This document shows, in pieces, positions 1 to 8,961 of a DNA stretch of 39,886 nt. The DNA is taken from NCBI GenBank assembly GCA_001773255.1, contig MEWF01000014.1:9416-49301 (forward strand), written 5' to 3'. The translations under genes were made by a program, and so were the position numbers. The first letter of the stretch is position 1. Every line of letters begins with the position of its first letter. Source of the stretch: a candidate division WWE3 bacterium RIFOXYC2_FULL_42_13. GTDB lineage: Bacteria > Patescibacteriota > WWE3 > UBA101185 > UBA10185. Below the pieces are notes generated by a model. That model had not been told where the DNA came from. It did no database searches and saw only the letters and a program-made list of their open reading frames with translations.

Positions 1-243
1 TATTCTGGTGTCATTCCAAAAACAAGTGGTAGCTGCCGAAGTTATAGTAATGCCTCTTTCACGTTCCTGGGCCATCCAGTCCATTTGAGCGGCACCTTCA
101 TGAACTTCGCCTATCTTATGAGATTTTCCGGTGTAATAAAGTATTCGTTCGGAAGTAGTAGTTTTACCGGCGTCAATATGTGCAATGATGCCTATATTGC
201 GAATTTTGTCTAAAGGGTAGTTCTTGTTTGATGATTCGGCCAT
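1..243 (-). CDS. fusA: Elongation factor G, N-terminal fragment (gene continues past the left window edge)
   Basis: Minus-strand translation from the ATG at 243..241 reads [76 protein letters not shown]. This carries the AHIDAGKT P-loop and an EF-G-type switch region. It follows rpsL-rpsG as in the str operon. It is absent from the ORF track because the window truncates it. Confidence 0.9.
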   Translation of the reverse strand, partial: MAESSNKNYPLDKIRNIGIIAHIDAGKTTTSERILYYTGKSHKIGEVHEGAAQMDWMAQERERGITITSAATTCFWNDTRI

Positions 244-277
244 ATTTATAGAAACCTTCGTTAATAGAAATTAGTAA

Positions 278-745
278 TTATCTCCTGGCAAAATGTGCAA
301 ATGCTCTGTTAGCGTCAGCCATTCTGTGAGTATCGTCCCGTTTCTTGATCGCGTCACCCATACTTTGATAGGCATTGTTAAGTTCTTCATAAAGCTTTTC
401 TTCCATCGGCTTACCCTTTTTATTCCTCGCGGCTGTGATCAACCATCTTAATGCCAGGGCTTCGGATCTTTCGTGTTTAAGGGGCATGGGTACTTGATAA
501 GTGGCACCGCCCACTCTTTTTGATCTTACTTCCTGCTGAGGCATTACATTTTTAACTGCCGCTTCGAACGTTCTGAGACCCTCTTTTCTATCTTCATTTA
601 AACGGTCGATAGCACCATAAACAACAGATTCGGCGATGGATTTTTTTCCGCTCAGCATGACAATATTTATCATCCTGTTTACAATTTTCGACTTGAAAAC
701 GGGATCACCTAATAAAACTCTTTTCTTTGCGGGTTTTCCTCTCAT
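278..745 (-). CDS. rpsG: 30S ribosomal protein S7
   Basis: 155-aa ORF with a clear S7-family sequence ([23 protein letters not shown]). It overlaps the rpsL stop by 4 nt and sits in the str-operon position. Confidence 0.97.
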   Translation of the reverse strand: MRGKPAKKRVLLGDPVFKSKIVNRMINIVMLSGKKSIAESVVYGAIDRLNEDRKEGLRTFEAAVKNVMPQQEVRSKRVGGATYQVPMPLKHERSEALALRWLITAARNKKGKPMEEKLYEELNNAYQSMGDAIKKRDDTHRMADANRAFAHFARR

Positions 746-1164
746 TTTTTAGCCTCCTTGGGTTTCTTAGTTCCGTAGATAGAACGTGAAGTTTTTCTTG
801 ACTGCACACCTGCGAGATCCAGTGTTCCTCTGACGATTGTGTACTTGACTCCGGGAAGGTCCTGAACTTTTCCGCCTTTCACAAGCACAACCGAGTGCTC
901 TTGAAGGTTGTGCCCCTCGCCGGGAATGTAAACAGTCACCTCTTTTTTGTTGGATAATCTCACCCTCGCAGTCTTTCTAAGAGCAGAGTTAGGTTTTTTA
1001 GGAGTTTGTGTTCTCACCAAAAGTACAACGCCCCTCTTGAAAGGACCCTGTCTTTTAATGGGACGCCTCTTCAGGGTATTGAATGCTTCCTTCAAAGCCC
1101 TTGTCGAAGATTTTTTAGATTTTGTTTTTCTGTTTTTTCTAAGTAACTGGTTTATAGTAGGCAT
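742..1164 (-). CDS. rpsL: 30S ribosomal protein S12 (with a basic insertion near the N-terminus)
   Basis: 140 aa with [27 protein letters not shown] and VQDLPGVKY motifs. A GGAG sits 7 nt upstream, inside the rpoC 3' end. Only 2 nt separate the rpoC stop from this ATG. Confidence 0.97.
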   Translation of the reverse strand: MPTINQLLRKNRKTKSKKSSTRALKEAFNTLKRRPIKRQGPFKRGVVLLVRTQTPKKPNSALRKTARVRLSNKKEVTVYIPGEGHNLQEHSVVLVKGGKVQDLPGVKYTIVRGTLDLAGVQSRKTSRSIYGTKKPKEAKK

Positions 1165-1166
1165 AA

Positions 1167-4100
1167 TTACTCCAATCGCGCGCGGTCGCCTGTCGGGATT
1201 AATCTACCAATTATAACGTTTTCTTTCAATCCCAAAAGATAATCAACCTTACCAGAAGCCGCTGCGTCGGTCAACACATTGCTTGTCTGAATAAATGAGG
1301 CGGCCGACAAGAAACTATCAGTGTTCAACGAAGCTCTGGTAATACCGAGCATGGTAAGTTTTCCCGTTGCGGGAGCTCCGCCACTGGCAATAACCTCTTC
1401 GTTCACTTCCATAAATCTGGCTTTGGTACTGAGCTCGCCCTCCATAAATTCTGTATCCCCGACCTCATCGATCTTGACGTGATTAAACATTTGTTTGACG
1501 ATTATCTCGATGTGTTTATCGTTTAAAGCTACACCCTGAGAAGCGTAAACTTTCTGAATCTCTTCAATGATGTACCTTTTGGTCTCATCGACTCCCACAG
1601 TCCTGAACAGGTCTGTAAGGTCAAGGTTGCCGGCGGTTAACTTCTCGCCCTTTGCAACAATCTCACCTTCTTTGACTATTATTTCTTCGACCGGATCCAC
1701 CAAATATTCGGTGGCCTCTTCATCACGATCCGTTGGAATAACGATAATCTTTCTTTCGTCGCCGCTTTTCACAATGTTGACAACACCTGTTATATCCGAC
1801 ATTAAAGAAAGAAATTTTGGAGCTCTTGCCTCTACCAATTCCTCAACTCTGGGCAAACCCTGAGTGATGTCTTTTCCTGCGATACCTCCGGTATGGAAGG
1901 TTCTCATGGAAAGTTGGGTGCCCGGTTCGCCGATTGACTGGGCTGCCGCAACACCTACCGCTGTTCCCATGTTCACAAGTTTCCCCGTCATGAGATCTTT
2001 GCCATAGCACTTGCCGCAGATACCTCTTCTGGTCTCACAGTGCATAGGAGATCTGATAATAATGTTCTCAACTCCACCGGCTTCTATTTTGGCGACATCT
2101 TCGCGCGAAAGTAGCGTATTTCTCTTTACCAAGGTCTTCCCTTTGACCTTAACATCCGAAGCGAGGTAGCGTCCTATAACTCTGTCCGCAAAGGTCTGAA
2201 GTAAAGTTCCTTCCCCCACCTTCATTGTTCTACCGTGCTCGGTGCCGCAGTCCTCGACTCGCACTATAACATCCTGTGAAACGTCTACCAGTCTTCTTGT
2301 TAAGTAACCTGCGTCGGCTGTCTTCAGGCCTTTGTCTACCAATCCTTTTCTTGCCCCTTTAGCTCCTATGAAGTATTCCAAAGCTGATAGTCCGTATTTA
2401 TAATTGCCGAGAATAGGAACCTCAACAGTTTTACCCGAGGTATCAACGACTAAACCCTTCATACCGGCAACCTGCTTAACCTGATCTCTCGAAGCACGGG
2501 TTGATCCTGACTTGACCAAAACTTTAACCGGATTATCGTCGGCCAGCGCATCCCAAATGGCAGCATCAAGGTCGGATATTACTTTATTCCATGTATCTTC
2601 TTTAAGTCTTGAAGCCTCAGCTCTTGTTATTAAACCTCTCTTGTAGTTAGACTCGATCTCGGCTACAGTTTCTTTTCCCTTAGTTATAATTGAAGTTCTC
2701 GCCTGAGGAACCTGAATATCAGCTAAAGAAACCGACTGACCGCTGATAGTTCCGTATCTTAACCCGAGGTCTTTAAGGTCGTCGATGAATTTAACAACTA
2801 CCTCATTAGTTTCCGTTTCAAAGGTTCTCTGCAATATGGAATTGATCTGTTTCTTATCCATCGTCTGATTTACATACCCGAACCTTTCCGGAACGACTCT
2901 GTTGAATATGAGTCTGCCGAAGGTAGTCTCTACGATTTCTCCGTTGACACCTATTTTTATCTTTTGTCTAAGATTTACTTCTCCGGTAACATCGACCGCG
3001 TGCATAAGTTCGTTCTCGTCGGAGAAAACTCTTTCAAATAGAGGCAGTTTCTCATCGATGGATGTTATGTAGTAAACACCGAACAACATTATTTTTGTCG
3101 GGATTGAGATCGGAGATCCGTTCGACGGGTTCAGCAAGTTGTTGGTAGATATCATCACTGTCTTGGCTTCTTCTATAGCTTTATCACCCAACGGAACATG
3201 AACGGCCATCTGGTCCCCGTCAAAGTCGGCATTGTATCCTGAACAAACGCACAGATGAAGTTTAATGGAATTTCCTTCCACCAGCTTCGGATAGAATGCC
3301 TGAATACCCAATCTCCAAAGAGTAGGTGCGCGGTTCAAAAGCACGGGATGATCATGAACAACTTCTTCCAGGATATCCCATACTTCAGGAACGCGTGATT
3401 CCAGATAGTATTTGGCACTTTTTACATTAGGAGCATATCCTCTGCCAAGTATTTCTCTCAGAACCATGGGTTTAAACAACTCCAGAGCCATGTCCTTAGG
3501 AAGTCCGCATTCATTCAACTTCAGGTTAGGTCCGTTTATGATAACGCCTCTTCCTGAGTAATCGACTCTTTTTCCCAAAAGATTCAAACGGAATATTCCC
3601 TGTTTACCTTTTATCATGTCGGCCAGGGATCTCAGTTCTTTTTTACCTCTGGTTACCCTTGTCTTTTGCCTTTGTTTCGAAGCATCAAAAAGTGCATCTA
3701 CGGATTCCTGCAACATTCTTTTCTCGTTTCTTACTATAATTTCGGGGGCGCCCAGGTCGAGCAGCCTTCCCAAACGGTTATTTCTGTTGATCAGCCTTCT
3801 ATATAGATCATTCAGGTCGGAACTTGCAAAGCGTCCGCCCTCCAGCTGAACCATAGGTCTCAAATCCGGAGGAATAACCGGAATTATTTCCATAATCATT
3901 CTGTCGGGAGAGATGTTTGCTTTTCTGAATTGTTCGACAACTTTTAATCTTTTATTTATTCTTTGAGCCTTCTGACCCTTGGAAGTAGTGAGATCCGATC
4001 TTAGTTTCTCTGACAGATCGTTAAGATCCATACTTTTTAATATGTTCTGCAGAGCTTCCGCTCCTATTTCCAACTGAGCGAATACTTCAAGATAATTTAC

Positions 4101-4835
4101 CAGCTGTATATATTCGTTTTCGGATATTACAGAGTACTGTTCGACACTTTCAATTTTCTTTTGAACTATTTTGAAGTGTTTTTCCTGCTCTTCTATCTTT
4201 TTTTCGTACTGTGTCCTTATTTGCTGAGTCTTCTCCCTGATCTTTCTTTCTTCTTCGGCGCGTTTTATTTCTTCAGGAATCTTAGCAATGTTCTTCAGTT
4301 CAACTTCTACTTCCTGCACTTTTACGTCGGCCTCTTTATTTATCTGAGCTTTAACTTTTTCAAAATCTTTTGTAACCATATCTATGGCCTCTGCTTTTTT
4401 CTTGCCGTCCATTGCTGTAACTATAAATGACGCGAAGTAAACAACAGACTCCACATTTCTCGGTGTAAGATCGAGAAGCAAGGCCATCTTTGACGGAATG
4501 CCTTTGAAGAACCATACGTGGGCTACAGGAGAAGAAAGTTTTATATGCCCCATTCTTTCTCTTCTCACTCTGGAATGTGTTACTTCAACACCGCACTTAT
4601 CGCACAAAACACCCTTGTATCTTATGCCTTTATATTTTCCGCAATAACATTCGTAATTCTTTGATGGACCGAAGATACGCTCATCAAAAAGTCCTTCCCT
4701 TTCCGGCTTGAAAGTTCTGTAGTTTATGGTCTCGGGTTTAGTAACCTCGCCGAATGACCAACTCAGTAGTTCCTGGCTAGATGCCAGATATATTTTTATT
4801 GCGTCAAAATCTTTTAATTGGCTAATGTCTTTCAT
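1167..4835 (-). CDS. rpoC: DNA-directed RNA polymerase subunit beta'
   Basis: 1222 aa. It has the N-terminal Zn-ribbon cysteines ([16 protein letters not shown]), the catalytic [13 protein letters not shown] motif, and bridge-helix/trigger-loop regions. It follows rpoB after 15 nt. Confidence 0.98.
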   Translation of the reverse strand: MKDISQLKDFDAIKIYLASSQELLSWSFGEVTKPETINYRTFKPEREGLFDERIFGPSKNYECYCGKYKGIRYKGVLCDKCGVEVTHSRVRRERMGHIKLSSPVAHVWFFKGIPSKMALLLDLTPRNVESVVYFASFIVTAMDGKKKAEAIDMVTKDFEKVKAQINKEADVKVQEVEVELKNIAKIPEEIKRAEEERKIREKTQQIRTQYEKKIEEQEKHFKIVQKKIESVEQYSVISENEYIQLVNYLEVFAQLEIGAEALQNILKSMDLNDLSEKLRSDLTTSKGQKAQRINKRLKVVEQFRKANISPDRMIMEIIPVIPPDLRPMVQLEGGRFASSDLNDLYRRLINRNNRLGRLLDLGAPEIIVRNEKRMLQESVDALFDASKQRQKTRVTRGKKELRSLADMIKGKQGIFRLNLLGKRVDYSGRGVIINGPNLKLNECGLPKDMALELFKPMVLREILGRGYAPNVKSAKYYLESRVPEVWDILEEVVHDHPVLLNRAPTLWRLGIQAFYPKLVEGNSIKLHLCVCSGYNADFDGDQMAVHVPLGDKAIEEAKTVMISTNNLLNPSNGSPISIPTKIMLFGVYYITSIDEKLPLFERVFSDENELMHAVDVTGEVNLRQKIKIGVNGEIVETTFGRLIFNRVVPERFGYVNQTMDKKQINSILQRTFETETNEVVVKFIDDLKDLGLRYGTISGQSVSLADIQVPQARTSIITKGKETVAEIESNYKRGLITRAEASRLKEDTWNKVISDLDAAIWDALADDNPVKVLVKSGSTRASRDQVKQVAGMKGLVVDTSGKTVEVPILGNYKYGLSALEYFIGAKGARKGLVDKGLKTADAGYLTRRLVDVSQDVIVRVEDCGTEHGRTMKVGEGTLLQTFADRVIGRYLASDVKVKGKTLVKRNTLLSREDVAKIEAGGVENIIIRSPMHCETRRGICGKCYGKDLMTGKLVNMGTAVGVAAAQSIGEPGTQLSMRTFHTGGIAGKDITQGLPRVEELVEARAPKFLSLMSDITGVVNIVKSGDERKIIVIPTDRDEEATEYLVDPVEEIIVKEGEIVAKGEKLTAGNLDLTDLFRTVGVDETKRYIIEEIQKVYASQGVALNDKHIEIIVKQMFNHVKIDEVGDTEFMEGELSTKARFMEVNEEVIASGGAPATGKLTMLGITRASLNTDSFLSAASFIQTSNVLTDAAASGKVDYLLGLKENVIIGRLIPTGDRARLE

Positions 4836-4850
4836 ATTTATATGCGGAAA

Positions 4851-7800
4851 TTATTCTTCCGATTCCGCCTCCTGCTCGGAAATTTCTTCACTGGCTATCT
4901 TTGCGGCCGTTTCCGTGGAAGTATCTACAACTTCCGCTTCCGGCACACTTTCCTCAACTTCTTCAGCCGGACCCGAACCTTCCTCAGAAGAATAGGCTTC
5001 AAGACCCAAACCCAATCCGTTAAGTTTTCTGACAAGTAATTTAAATGTTTCAGGTACGGAAGATTCAGGTATTTCTTTACCCTGAACCATCGCACTGTAA
5101 GCTTGAGTTCTTCCCAACATATCATCCGATTTAATAGTCAAAATTTCCTTGAGTATGTTTGCGGCACCATAAGCTTCGAGAGCCCATACTTCCATTTCTC
5201 CGAATCTTTGTCCGCCGAATTGAGCTTTACCCCCAAGAGGCTGCTGTGTAATCAAAGAGTAAGGACCCGTTGATCTGGCGTGCATTTTCTCTTCTGACAT
5301 ATGTATGAGTTTTAGAATGTATGTATCACCTACGACAATCTCGTTATGGAAATACTCACCGTTCCTGCCGTCAATCAGTTTCATTTTTCCCGTTACAGGA
5401 AGGCCGGCTTTCATCAACTCGGCGTTGATAAGTTCTTCGGGAATTTCCTGTAAGGAAGGAACCTCGTAAGTCTTTCCTAATGTTTTTCCGGCCATGCCGA
5501 GCGAGGCTTCCAAAATTTGGCCGACATTCATACGTTTCAGAACCGCTTCCGAAGAAAATATAATATCGATTGTGGTTCCGTCGGGAAGCATGGGCATGTC
5601 CACAACAGGTACTATCGCTGAAATAACACCTTTGTTACCGTGTCTTCCTGCCAGCTTGTCTCCGATATCTATCTTCTTTTGCTGCGCAACGTACACAGTA
5701 ATCCTCTCGATCGTTCCCGCAGGTAAAGATTCGTTGTCCTTCTTTGTGACCCTTTTTATGCCTATAACAACACCGTGCTCGCCGTGGGGCATGTACAAAG
5801 ACGTGTCCCTGACATCCTTGGCTTTTTCACCGAAAATGGCTCTTAAAAGCCGTTCCTCGGATGTAAGGTCCATTTCCCCTTTGGGGGCGACTTTGCCGAC
5901 GAGAATATCGCTGGATTTAACTTTAGAGCCGACGGCGACTATTCCGTCCTCATCAAGATTTCTCAATGACTCCTCGGAGACGTTGGGGATGTCCCGTGTG
6001 ATTTCTTCGGGTCCTAATTTGGTTTCCTGAACTGAAGTTTGGTAGTCGGAAACGTGAATTGAAGTTAAAACGTCCTCTTTTACCAGCCTGTCCGAAATGA
6101 CAATACCGTCTTCAAACTCAAGACCTTCGTAGATCATATAAGCAACTTTCATATTTGTTCCGATGGAAAGCTCGCCATTGTTAACGGCCGGTCCCTCGAC
6201 AAGTACATCGCCTTCTTTTACTTTTTGACCGGTTTCAACGACAACATACTGATTAAAACAAGTATCGCTGTTGGTCTGCTCGAATTTAGCTGCGGTGTAT
6301 TCTACCTTTGAACCTTTTCCTCCATGGCCGTACTTAACGATTACTTTTCTGGCATCCGCGAATTCAACAACTCCGTCTCCGTCTGCAAGAATAAGGGCAT
6401 TTGTATTTCGGGCAATTTCTCCTTCGATCCCGGTGCCTATTATAGGAGTTTCCGGTCTGATCAAAGGAACCGCCTGGGACATCTGTTGAGTACCCATCAA
6501 GGCTCTTGCGATATCGTTATTTTGCAAAAAAGGAATAAGACCTGCGGCTACACCCACGACCTGTCGTGGAACAACCTCAATATATTCTGCTAAAGCAACG
6601 TCACCGAGGAAAAAGTTGCCGCCCTTTCGGAGAGGAACCTGTTTATCGGTTATAAAACCTTTTGCATCCACAGCTACCGACTGATCCGTGATATGAGCGT
6701 TCTCTTCATCGTAGGCTGCCAGATAAACTATCTCGTCCGTTAGCCTGATATCACCCGAAGGTTTTTTTTCAAGTTTAATGTAAGGGGTTTCCAAAAAACC
6801 GTATTCGTTGACCTTGGCATAAGAGGCAAGGTAGTTGATTAATCCTATATTCGGTCCTTCCGGAGTTCTTACAGGACAAACTCTTCCGAATGAAGAATAG
6901 TGAACGTCTCTTACCGAGAAGCTTGCTCTTTCTTTTGTAAGACCTCCCGGTCCCAAAACCGAAAGTCTTCTCAAATGATCTAATGCCGTTAAAGGATTTT
7001 GCTGATCGTGAAGTTGGGACAATTGACCGGTAGCAAAAAAGCTGTGAACAGCAGCTGCTATGGCTCTGGGTGATATAAGAACAGAAGGTTCAGGAAGTGT
7101 TTCACGCGGAGACAAGGACATTCTCTCTTTAATATTCTTTTCCATTCTCAAAAAGCCTATTCTCATTTGCCACTGAAGAAGTTCTCCCACGCTTTTGACG
7201 CGCCTGTTACCCAAAAAATCTACATCGTCGGGAACACCGACACCATTATTCAACTCAATTATTCTCGAAACTATCTTAATAAGATCCTCCAAAGTAAGCA
7301 GTCTGTGATCGGCATCGTTGGGAATATTTAATCCCAGAGATTTGTTTAATTTAAATCTCCCGACGTGGCCCATGCTGAATCTTCTTTTGTTGAAGAACAT
7401 GGCAGCTACAAGAGCCTTGGCGTTCTCCAACACCAGAGGTTCTCCGGGTCTCATTTTTCTATAGATCTCGATGCACGATTCTTCAAAGCTGGAGGCCGGG
7501 TCTTTTGCCAATGTTTCGTTTATGTAGTTTATCTCAGGATTTGACTCTACATTTTCAAATGTTTTTCGTATGTCCTCGTCCTCTTCAAGTCCGAAAACTC
7601 TCAAAAGGGTAGTAACGGCTATTTTTCTCTTCCTGTCTATCCTCACACTCAAAACGCCATTTCTGGATGTCTCGAACTCAAGCCAGACACCACTCTTAGG
7701 CAGTATTTTTGCACCTGCCAAGAATTGTCCCGTAACGGGAGAAGGTTCTCCCGTAAAGAGAACTCCTTCTGCTCTGATCAGCTGATTAACTATGGTTCTT

Positions 7801-8159
7801 TCAACGCCGCTTATTACAAAGGTTCCTCTTTGAGTCATCAAAGGAAGGTCGCCCATGTATATATTCGATACTTTCTTCTTTTTTGTTAAAGGATCCTCTA
7901 TTGTAGCCTTGACATACCAGGGGGCGTCGAAAGTTCTACCGGTCCTTTTAGCTTCAGGTATGGAAATATTCTCCTTCTCTATAGAGGGATCGGAGAGGGT
8001 AACAACCCACCCTCTACCCGAGCTGTCCTCGACGGTACCTAGTTCTTCGAGAATCTCCTTAAGACCCTCGTTCATGAGCCAGTTGTATGAATTTAATTGT
8101 ATATCTGCTAAGTTTGGAAGATTTAAAGCTATTTTTCTTTTAGAAAAAGTTTCTCTCAT
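4851..8159 (-). CDS. rpoB: DNA-directed RNA polymerase subunit beta (with acidic C-terminal tail)
   Basis: 1102 aa with conserved blocks GRHGNKGV, MNVGQILE and TGPYSLITQQPLGGKAQFGGQRFGEMEVWALEAYGA. The last ~45 aa are an E/S-rich tail. Confidence 0.98.
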   Translation of the reverse strand: MRETFSKRKIALNLPNLADIQLNSYNWLMNEGLKEILEELGTVEDSSGRGWVVTLSDPSIEKENISIPEAKRTGRTFDAPWYVKATIEDPLTKKKKVSNIYMGDLPLMTQRGTFVISGVERTIVNQLIRAEGVLFTGEPSPVTGQFLAGAKILPKSGVWLEFETSRNGVLSVRIDRKRKIAVTTLLRVFGLEEDEDIRKTFENVESNPEINYINETLAKDPASSFEESCIEIYRKMRPGEPLVLENAKALVAAMFFNKRRFSMGHVGRFKLNKSLGLNIPNDADHRLLTLEDLIKIVSRIIELNNGVGVPDDVDFLGNRRVKSVGELLQWQMRIGFLRMEKNIKERMSLSPRETLPEPSVLISPRAIAAAVHSFFATGQLSQLHDQQNPLTALDHLRRLSVLGPGGLTKERASFSVRDVHYSSFGRVCPVRTPEGPNIGLINYLASYAKVNEYGFLETPYIKLEKKPSGDIRLTDEIVYLAAYDEENAHITDQSVAVDAKGFITDKQVPLRKGGNFFLGDVALAEYIEVVPRQVVGVAAGLIPFLQNNDIARALMGTQQMSQAVPLIRPETPIIGTGIEGEIARNTNALILADGDGVVEFADARKVIVKYGHGGKGSKVEYTAAKFEQTNSDTCFNQYVVVETGQKVKEGDVLVEGPAVNNGELSIGTNMKVAYMIYEGLEFEDGIVISDRLVKEDVLTSIHVSDYQTSVQETKLGPEEITRDIPNVSEESLRNLDEDGIVAVGSKVKSSDILVGKVAPKGEMDLTSEERLLRAIFGEKAKDVRDTSLYMPHGEHGVVIGIKRVTKKDNESLPAGTIERITVYVAQQKKIDIGDKLAGRHGNKGVISAIVPVVDMPMLPDGTTIDIIFSSEAVLKRMNVGQILEASLGMAGKTLGKTYEVPSLQEIPEELINAELMKAGLPVTGKMKLIDGRNGEYFHNEIVVGDTYILKLIHMSEEKMHARSTGPYSLITQQPLGGKAQFGGQRFGEMEVWALEAYGAANILKEILTIKSDDMLGRTQAYSAMVQGKEIPESSVPETFKLLVRKLNGLGLGLEAYSSEEGSGPAEEVEESVPEAEVVDTSTETAAKIASEEISEQEAESEE

Positions 8160-8347
8160 TAAGTTTTTCCCCTAAATTTGGCCGTAAAAAAAATTTTACT
8201 ACAAAAGGACGTTTTTATTAAGTTTTTTCCGTGTTTTCGTAATGAAAAGGTAATCTTTCACCGTGAAAACTGAGCCTTTTCCAACAGAAAATCGACCCCA
8301 AAGGTCTTATTTCTCAAAAATATTGGAAATGCTTTAGAACAGTGCGA

Positions 8348-8376
8348 AAACTACCATATCCCGAAAAGGTTGTCAA
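8348..8376 (-). promoter_or_regulatory. Putative sigma70-type promoter for rpoB-rpoC (TTGACA-17-TGgTAGTTT)
   Basis: The minus strand reads TTGACA (8376..8371), a 17-nt spacer ending in TGG, then TAGTTT (8353..8348). It lies immediately downstream of the lepB stop and implies an rpoB leader of roughly 180 nt. Motif match only. Confidence 0.4.
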
Positions 8377-8379
8377 CAT

Positions 8380-8928
8380 CTAATTTACGAACCCTACCTT
8401 TCCCACCGGCCAAAAGCGGAAAACAACCCTTCCTACAATATCCGAAGCCTTAACCATGCCGAAAACGCGGGAATCCAGAGAATTGCGCCTGTTGTCCCCC
8501 ATCACAACATAATAACCGTCCTTTATCTCCACGGATCTGCCCTCCTGCAAAAACTCATTCCCGCCTACAGTACAACCGCCGGAACCCAAATACTCCTCGT
8601 CCAGAGTAAATTGGTGGCCGTCGCGATATATGTAAATTTTACACTCAAATACTTTAATTATGTCACCCGGAAGCCCGATGACCCTTTTTATGAAGTGTCT
8701 GGAGTCTTCGGTGGGAGGTACGAGTACGACCACCTCGCCTCTTTCGTAACCCCTGAAGTTTTTGGATATTTTATCTACCAAAATTCTTTCCCCTGTTCCG
8801 AAATTCGGTTCCATACTTGCCCCCCAGACAACCTCGACGGACCCTATCGTAATGTACAGCACAAGAACAACCAGAAGGGAGGTTAAAAATGATTCTGCAA
8901 TTTCATAAAAATGTCTCTTTATATTCAT
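8380..8928 (-). CDS. lepB: Signal peptidase I (S26 family)
   Basis: Nucleophile box GASMEPNF, the conserved Lys region (IKRVIGLPGD) and the GDNRRNSLDSR box, with one N-terminal TM helix. I prefer the ATG at 8928 (MNIKRHF...). The track's ATG at 8979 would overlap the divergent gene's 5' end by 18 nt. Confidence 0.85.
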   Translation of the reverse strand: MNIKRHFYEIAESFLTSLLVVLVLYITIGSVEVVWGASMEPNFGTGERILVDKISKNFRGYERGEVVVLVPPTEDSRHFIKRVIGLPGDIIKVFECKIYIYRDGHQFTLDEEYLGSGGCTVGGNEFLQEGRSVEIKDGYYVVMGDNRRNSLDSRVFGMVKASDIVGRVVFRFWPVGKVGFVN

Positions 8929-8947
8929 ATCGGTTTTATGGTATTTA

Positions 8948-8953
8948 TATAAT
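8948..8953 (+). promoter_or_regulatory. -10 hexamer TATAAT, 8 nt upstream of the ATG at 8962 (possible leaderless transcript)
   Basis: TATAAT at 8948..8953, then atctgact, then ATG. No SD is present. The whole divergent spacer is only 33 nt. Confidence 0.35.
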
Positions 8954-8961
8954 ATCTGACT

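Noticed and set aside
244-252. A shared ATAAAT-ATG start context at fusA (TTCTATAAATATG), rpoC (GCATATAAATATG, 4836..4845) and rpsI (GAAATAAATATG, 20758..20766).
   Set aside because: There are only three instances in an AT-rich genome. The motif abuts the ATG, so it cannot be a functional -10 for those genes. It may be an A/U-rich initiation context, but the evidence is too thin here.
5494-6030. Long antisense ORFs inside well-supported genes: 5494..6030 in rpoB; 23714..24064, 24185..24523, 24683..25174 and 25178..25822 in the Clp-like gene; 28273..28725 and 27159..27680 in ftsK; 32329..32688 in the Lon-like gene; and 947..1216, 1567..1863 and others.
   Set aside because: Their translations are low-complexity and S/L/F/I-rich with no recognisable motifs. 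Each lies entirely opposite a gene with strong homology signatures. Such shadow ORFs are expected from codon-position bias on the antisense strand.
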